Origin: Eledone cirrhosa
Taxonomy: Eukaryota
Direction of reading: 5' to 3'
DNA: 64,000 nt
NCBI GenBank assembly: GCA_964016885.1
Contig: OZ024745.1
Span: 69,440,001 to 69,504,000 of the forward strand
Positions 56,153 to 64,000 of this stretch are shown here, piece by piece. Each line of letters starts with the position of its first letter. Position 1 is the first letter of the stretch. The notes below the pieces were generated by a model. It searched no databases. It saw only the letters and a list, made by a program, of their open reading frames with translations, and was not told the DNA's origin. Both the position numbers and the translations under genes were made by a program.

Positions 56153-56164
56153 TATATATATATA

Positions 56165-56985
56165 TATAATACATTATAAAGAAAGAAGAAACATTAGATA
56201 TAATTAATAAGATATACCATACCCAAATTCTTTATTATCCTCGACTACGTAGTTTCGTGGCTTATTATGCGAAAACACTACATCACAGAGATGCAGTATT
56301 TTTTTGAGGTTTACCGACCTATCAAGAGGATACCTCATTTAGAGTTTCAAAACACGTTCGTACGACGCGAGATAGAATCCCGAAAGGCGGAGGGGGAACT
56401 TACCACGTGATACAGCGGTCACGAAACAGAGCTAAGCCTCTTACAACCAAGAGAAAAATACCACAAAAGGCGGATGGGGTATTTATGCCAAGGCCGTAGA
56501 AGAGATGGCTAGGAGGGCGAGAAGTTTGAGTAATGTAAGCTATACAGCAGTCACTACACTTCAGTGGTTACTCTACCGTAGGAAGTTATAAACAATATAA
56601 AGAAATACACAGACACATGCAAATACATACATATACATGAATATACCCACATATATCCCTGAATTTGTGTGGTGCCAACCTTAACCGTTGTTGCTCTATG
56701 AATAATCGGGACAAAATAATCCGAATGGATTAGATTGATTCAATATCAGAGCTATATAATACATTATAAAGAAAAAAGAAACATTAGATATAATTAATAA
56801 GATAGACCATACCCAAATTTCTTCATTAACCCCGACTACGTAGTTTAGTGGCTTATTATGCAAAAACACTTCATCACAGAGCTGCAGTATTTTTGGGAGG
56901 TTTGCTGACTTATCAAGAGGATACCTCATTTAGAGTTTCAAATTTATTAATTATATCTAATGTTACATCTTTCTTTGTTTTCCCG
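56165..56985 (-). mobile_element. Non-coding element with ~190-bp direct repeats ~590 bp apart, each with a degenerate hammerhead
   Basis: Repeats 56165-56351 and 56755-56942; hammerhead remnants 56239-56290 and 56830-56881; short inverted copy 56943-56985. Confidence 0.6.
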
Positions 56986-57113
56986 TGATTTTCATCGAAC
57001 AACTTTTTGAATACATCCTCTCTTTTCATGATATTTGGATTACATTGTGTTCTTTTATACGGATTGGACACTACCGTATATTTTGGTAGATTTATCTACA
57101 TATATATATATAT

Positions 57114-57178
<65 letters not shown>

Positions 57179-57356
57179 AAATGTATATTCCTAACACAAA
57201 GTAAAAAAATATTTCATTGCTCTAACTATTTCTTTTTTCCAAGATAAATTATTGTTGTATAAATAACATTATCTTGTGAATAGCCCGGAACTTTTATTGC
57301 CTTTACATTAGAGCTTATTGTTCGAAACCCTATATACATTTATATACCGATATTTT

Positions 57357-57470
<114 letters not shown>

Positions 57471-57919
57471 ACATGGTGTTGAAATGTTGGATAAATACTC
57501 TTTTGGGGTCACCGCGAAGAGGCCGCTTTCGGTTATTTATCAAATATTTCTTCATAAGAGCCTTTATTCTTTTAGCCTGGTCTAATTGATTTTTTATATG
57601 GTTAATTATGCTAATTGGGAGAGGAAATGGTATATATTTTATCTAATAATTCTAAGGACATGATTTATGAAATATATATATATATATATATAAGGCTGCA
57701 TGACTTCTTTAAAAAAAAGAAACCAGACTTGTGCATCTTACGAGGACCACTGAAAGGAAACGTCACAAAGAAGCGCCGTGCCGCAGGGACCGGCTTTGTC
57801 TACTACGTTCTGTGGTGGCTCTCTCAGACATGCCCTCTGTAATATGTACAGCCTTCCTCACAAACAATGTTGATGAAACGAATGTAGCACAGTTGATGCT
57901 ACTCTCTTGCATCATGATT

Positions 57920-58330
57920 TAGATGCCATATACGGATGGCTGAATTCGTATGAAAGATCATGGAAGGGTTTGCACCAAATTTCAGCATTGAAAACACGAC
58001 CAGCTCACTAAAACAACGCAACTGGATAGTGCCAAATGTCTCATTCTTCCTACCAATTATAAGAGCCATATACAATAGCCGGGGGTGAGGGACCCCAGCC
58101 TTTTAATAAGGTACCAACGACTTAGAGAGATCTACATGGTGTGCATGTAGATGTTTTCATGAGACACCTCGGCATTCTACTGACCAAAATCCTAGATGAA
58201 ACCACAGCACGAGGCGCAGTGCAAATAAGAGCAGCCACAATACAACTCCCTTTTGCATTAATGGTCAACCAGGGAAGGCAGGCTATAGAAAGTGTAGCAT
58301 CAATTGCTGTGCGCAAGGATGGCCTCAGTC
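57920..58330 (+). mobile_element. CR1-like LINE 3' fragment
   Basis: LRDLHGVHVDVFMRHLGILLTKILDETTARG..RAAT is homologous to the 45110-45250 CR1 end. Confidence 0.75.
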
Positions 58331-59584
58331 TGTCGGCCGGAATATGTAATGGAGTAATAGAGTAATATATATATACATATTCATTTAGGTCTCGTCCTAA
58401 ATCGGGGAGATCCACAAGAGACTATATATATATATATATGTGTGTGTGTGTGGGGGGGGGGGGGTAATCAGAAGACGCATTACAGCGAATGTTATAATAG
58501 TAGCTTTCTGTAAATTCAATTAATTGATAGTCCTAAGCTGCTGAATAGCAGTTAGTTTGGGACCATTGCTACTAAACAAACGATTGATACGCAGATATAT
58601 GTATTCATAAGTGGTAAATTGGCATAGTTACGAGGGCCTTGGATAAAATGCTCCTCTGGTTTCTTCCTCTCTACGAATGCCAACCATATCTTTTACCCGT
58701 TTGGGACCGATGAATAATGGAGTCGATAACTTCTGGCTAATAGAATTTAGTGTGGGTTTTCTAGGTGTAACATTCTCTCGCAATTCGACTAGGTATGGGT
58801 TCAATAGCCAAAGATATGTTCCTAATGCTTTTGAGCAATATGGGTTTTAAGAGCAGGTGAAATCTATTCATACAGTCTTTAGAGCATTTGCTGTTTCGTC
58901 CTATTAATGAATTGCTGATGCGTATAGAATATTTCTCCACTAATTTCTTCTTCACTGAAATGCCATCAACTGTTAGAATTGCATCAAGTAATTCAAATTA
59001 ATTATTAAACACTTGTGTATCACCAGCTCATTATATTACATGTATCGATCAACATGACAATTCAAGTGGGATCTCATTCCAGGGAATATTGCTTTATTTA
59101 CGATATCTCAATAGAAATACTGGTGGTGGTGCGGAATATATATTTCAGTGATATGTAGTTGGTAAATATAACCTATTTCATTTGACTTCTGCTCTCAAAG
59201 AATCTTACATTTCAGTCGATAATATCACACCTTGCAATGGATAATATTTTGCTCCTTAGTGTCAAATGTAATATCTTAATAACTAAGGGGGAAATGGGAA
59301 ACGAACTAATAGCTTTTACACCTGAGTTTCTTTGACGTACGCTAGTAAAACTATGTGTAAATGATAAAGATTTCAAATAATGAATAAGTAAGATTGTGAA
59401 ATAGCCGCTGATTGAAAGCAAAAATGAAATAGCATTACAATCTTTAGACTAAAGCTTAAATATATCGTAGTAGAGACGGTGGAATGTTTGTTTCGTGTTT
59501 TTTAAACCGCAATAAAATAGATAACATCCATCTAGCCTAATAAATCAACATTGCAAGTGAGCTTAAAAATGATTTCTCAATAAT

Positions 59585-59764
59585 TGTTTCTATTTTTGGC
59601 ACAAGGCTAGCAATTATCCCAGTGCATTACTGGTACTTTATTTCATCGACCCCGTAAGGCAAAGTTAACCATGGCGGGAATTGAACTCAGAACGGAATGG
59701 GCCGTAACTCTATGCTGCAAAGCATGGTGTCCGAACCTCTACCGATACTGCCAATCCAGCGCCC
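59585..59764 (-). mobile_element. SINE with 15-bp TSD
   Basis: TSD tgatttctcaataat (59570-59584) / tgatttcttaataat (59765-59779). Confidence 0.85.
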
Positions 59765-59810
59765 TGATTTCTTAATAATACCATTGAATTATATGTGGTT
59801 CCCGGCTGGA

Positions 59811-60039
59811 CTGTGGTTTTTCTCACATTTTTTCATGTGAGAAAAACCACAGACCCTCCATCTCAACTCACCTTTTGAAAAGCAGAAGAACTGCGAAACC
59901 GGTAAAGGAACCAAATAAATATATATATTTAAAAAAAAAATAAGACTTCAGTTGCATTTTCGATTTCATCCCTTTTTCTTTATACTTCCACTCGTGTAGG
60001 ACACCTCGGTTATTTTTCATTTTGTAAAAAAAACCTCAC

Positions 60040-60046
<7 letters not shown>
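59811..60046 (+). mobile_element. Second copy of the U3-A8 hammerhead element
   Basis: Matches 42764-42975, with its own short 5' hairpin 59811-59852; hammerhead at 59871-59908. Confidence 0.75.
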
Positions 60047-60760
<714 letters not shown>

Positions 60761-61078
60761 CGTGCGATGTGCCGCAGTCGGCCAGAGGGAAGAGGTTTGT
60801 TAATCGGAGTGGCTTCATCATTTTGTCCGCAGGAGACAGTTGATAGATATTGTTCTGACTGAGGTGTACATTCTGTTGTTCCCGACCCATTTACCCTTCC
60901 TTTCAATCTTTAATATTTCTTCTTTCATTTCATTCCTTCATTTCTTTCCGTTTTCATCTATTCCCCATTTCTTTATTGCTTTGTAAACATTTCTTAAATC
61001 GAGAAAATAAACTGCAAAATTGATCTGCGTCTAAATCTACATAATTTGAACACCTTACTGTTGTTTTATCAACTTATA

Positions 61079-61164
<86 letters not shown>

Positions 61165-61214
61165 AATATACATAAATATACATACATATATATATATATA
61201 TATCTATATATATC

Positions 61215-61328
<114 letters not shown>

Positions 61329-61449
61329 TGTGTGTGTGTCTGCGACTCCTTGGTATTATCTTCAGACCTTAACATTTAAACACTGCTGATTAACAGATTG
61401 TTACCGCAAAGAATTGGACGAGAAGTATATAATATTTGAGAGAGAGAGA

Positions 61450-61511
<62 letters not shown>

Positions 61512-61668
61512 GAGGAATCCACTGGTTTGCAGAAATGGTTCTACCTAGAAAGAATGCAATACAAAGGTGACATTAACGGTATTTGTGGGCAGAACTTGTA
61601 CAATCGAAACGAGGCGTATAACAAGCGCTATAATGACTCTGTCACTTATTCGCATTCAGAGAACATAA

Positions 61669-61852
61669 ATGTTTCCACTTTTGGCACAAGGCCAGCAATT
61701 ACCCAGTGCATTAGTGGTACTTTATTGTATCGACCCCGTAAGGATGAAAAGCAAAGTTAACCTGAGCGGGATTTGAACTCAGAATGGAAAGGGCCGGAAC
61801 TCTATGCGTCAAAGCATGGCGTCCGACCCTCTACCGGTACTGCCAATCCACC
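61669..61852 (-). mobile_element. SINE with 10-bp TSD
   Basis: TSD gagaacataa at 61659-61668 and 61853-61862. Confidence 0.85.
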
Positions 61853-62270
61853 GAGAACATAATGTTATATAGCAATGCCTGTCATTTCAGACCTATACAA
61901 ACACCGTAAGGTTACATACCATAGTTAATATGATTCCTCTTGCAGACTATAATAATCTACATGAGACAGATTATGTCCTTGGAATCCTAAATCAGACGAA
62001 TTTGTTCTCTGTAATATCATCATTGTCCACGGAGATTATTCTGTTACATAAGCAAATTTATATGCGACTGCTGCATTACGTTGTTTTTAAAAATTATTTA
62101 TGGCAGTTTTTTATGATTCATTTTCTATAATTCTTTTGTTTATTTCATCGTCTTGTCTCTTTTAAATCTTTTAAATCTTTAAATTATCTCTTCATCCAAA
62201 CAGAAGTTTCCGTATATCTTTATATCTTACATTTCTAATTACAAATATTGCTTTATTATTATTATTATTA

Positions 62271-62456
62271 TTGGCAGTATCGGTAGAGGGTCGGATACCA
62301 TGCTTTGTAGCATAGAGTTTCGGCCCTTTATGATCTAAGTTCAAATCCCGCCGATGTTAACTTTGCCTTTCATCCTTACGGGGTCGATAAAATAAAGTAC
62401 CAGTAATGCACTGGGTAATTTCTGGCCTTGTGCCTAAAGTAGAAACAATTATTATT
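62271..62456 (+). mobile_element. tRNA-derived SINE
   Basis: Same family as 3873, A and B boxes present. Confidence 0.85.
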
Positions 62457-62458
62457 GA

Positions 62459-64000
62459 ATGCCATGGTGGACTGCAAATACAGAAAAAAGTATGAGAAGA
62501 TTGGGTAGGTACATCCATTGAGTTGTTAATTCAAACCAACCAGAAGTGCATCGAAGATCTCCCGGATGTGATAGACTTCGATAACGCCACTCAACTGCAC
62601 ATAAGTGTTGAGGGCAAACGCCCGAAATGCTTTCGCTGTGGGTCGAAGACTCACCTCAGGGCCTTCTGCAATGAGAAGAACCTGAGAAAAGAGAAAACCC
62701 CCTCCTTCTGATACCGGCTCCACTGCTACCAGCAACAGGACAGGCGGCAAGCAGGAAGGATAGGTCCGTGGCACCCATACCCACGCAACGGAAATCAAGA
62801 ACAGCAGCAGCAGTGGAAGTATTAACAACAACAGTAATACCAACTGCAGCTGCAACAGAGACTCCACTGCAACCATCACCAACAAGAACAAGTGAAAGAG
62901 TGGAGCTGGTACCCCTCCCCGACCTCACAGAATCGGACAGGGGGTGTGAGGTGGGATGGCAAAAGGTCGCAAGAAGGCACAAACGCAGTAGCAGGGGGAA
63001 AAGGGAGGGAAGAAATGAAAAAAGGGCAAAGGCTACTGTAAAGAGACTTACAGCAGCAACACCACCAACACCATCACCACCCACACTAGCACCACCATCA
63101 CCACCGTCGGCAACCCCACCGCCAACAACAACAACACTTTTAACACCACCACCACAAGCACCAACATCGCAAACACAACAACAAAACACACACACCCAGC
63201 AACAACGACAAGAAAATAGCATAACCATACCACACCGCCAGAAAAAGAAATGCACAGCAATAAATACACACAACAATAAACTAATGACTTACATAATTGA
63301 ACACACAGACATTTCACAGCACGACTACATAATACCAGCACCAATCAAAACACCAACGAACTTAAGACTGGTAAGAATAGCACAGACACAATACACAAAC
63401 ATTGAAATAAATTCAACGGTCCCTTCACCAGACGATCAAGTGGAAAGGGATGGAGAAATCATCCTTCCTCTACGAGAGGTAAGGTAAGTCGTCTTTCCCA
63501 TCTTTTCAACTCCATTTCAACATGACCTCACTCAGAATAGGCAGCATAAATGCGCGTGGCTTGGGGTCGTCATGGAAGCAGGGCCACCTGCTCAACGATC
63601 TCAGGTCACTAAACATAGATGTAGTGGCCATCAGCGAGACCAGATCTCCGATGCACGGGTCTTCGCACCGATCTTCGGCGGCTACGATGTGTACGCATCT
63701 CCCAGCCGTCCTGAAACGAGGGGAGGAGTTGCTGTGCTTTTTCGGTGAAGTTTGGCACGCCATACGGGCCATCTTCCTGGACCCAGAAGGTAAGTTGGTG
63801 ATGCTGGACGTGACCAGCGGAGACGGGCAAGCTTTCAGTCTAGTGGCCGTCTATGCCCCGACAGGAGCTGGGCGGCCTGATTTCTTCCGGCGTATGGAGA
63901 CCTTTCTTGGAACGTCCCGCTCTGTAGTGTTAGTGTGCGACAGGAACGGGATCTTAGATGCATGCTGGGACTCTGTGAGATTAGCGGAGGAGAGTGCAAG
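62459..64000 (+). mobile_element. L1/Tx1-type LINE, decayed ORF1 and start of ORF2 (runs off the window)
   Basis: ORF1 knuckle VEGKRPKCFRCGSKTHLRAFC (CX2CX4HX4C) and a low-complexity tail. ORF2 APE from 63522: IGSINARGL, DVVAISET, GGVAVL, LVAVYAP. Frameshifts present. Confidence 0.85.

Noticed and set aside
57495-57570. Possible minus-strand hammerhead remnant
   Set aside because: Core and helices could not be placed consistently.
62656-63344. Minus-strand V/G-rich ORFs
   Set aside because: Antisense of the low-complexity (ACC/ACA) part of LINE ORF1.

Overview
AT-rich, microsatellite-dense animal DNA, most likely from an octopod cephalopod (inferred from the SINE families). I found no convincing host protein-coding exon, so this looks intergenic or intronic. 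Most long ORF-track entries are translations of (TA)n/(TG)n repeats. Recognisable content: many tRNA-derived SINEs (several with TSDs); a GC-rich CRE-type RLE retrotransposon fragment; three Penelope-like (Naiad-type RT + GIY-YIG) remnants; a near full-length decayed RTE LINE; RTE and CR1 3' fragments; an L1/Tx1-type element at the right edge; a deleted Tc1; and a hAT-like MITE. The most striking layer is non-coding: a dense set of self-cleaving ribozyme motifs in elements inserted into (TA)n tracts. A twister ribozyme has its cleavage site at the RTE 5' end. There are also about ten type I hammerhead loci, including compensatory U3-A8 core variants and variants with ~60-95 nt structured helix II extensions, one family of which shows covariation between diverged copies. 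Several sit in ORF-less, terminally redundant or fold-back elements (retrozyme-like or non-autonomous Penelope derivatives). All structures were read by eye and none has been tested.
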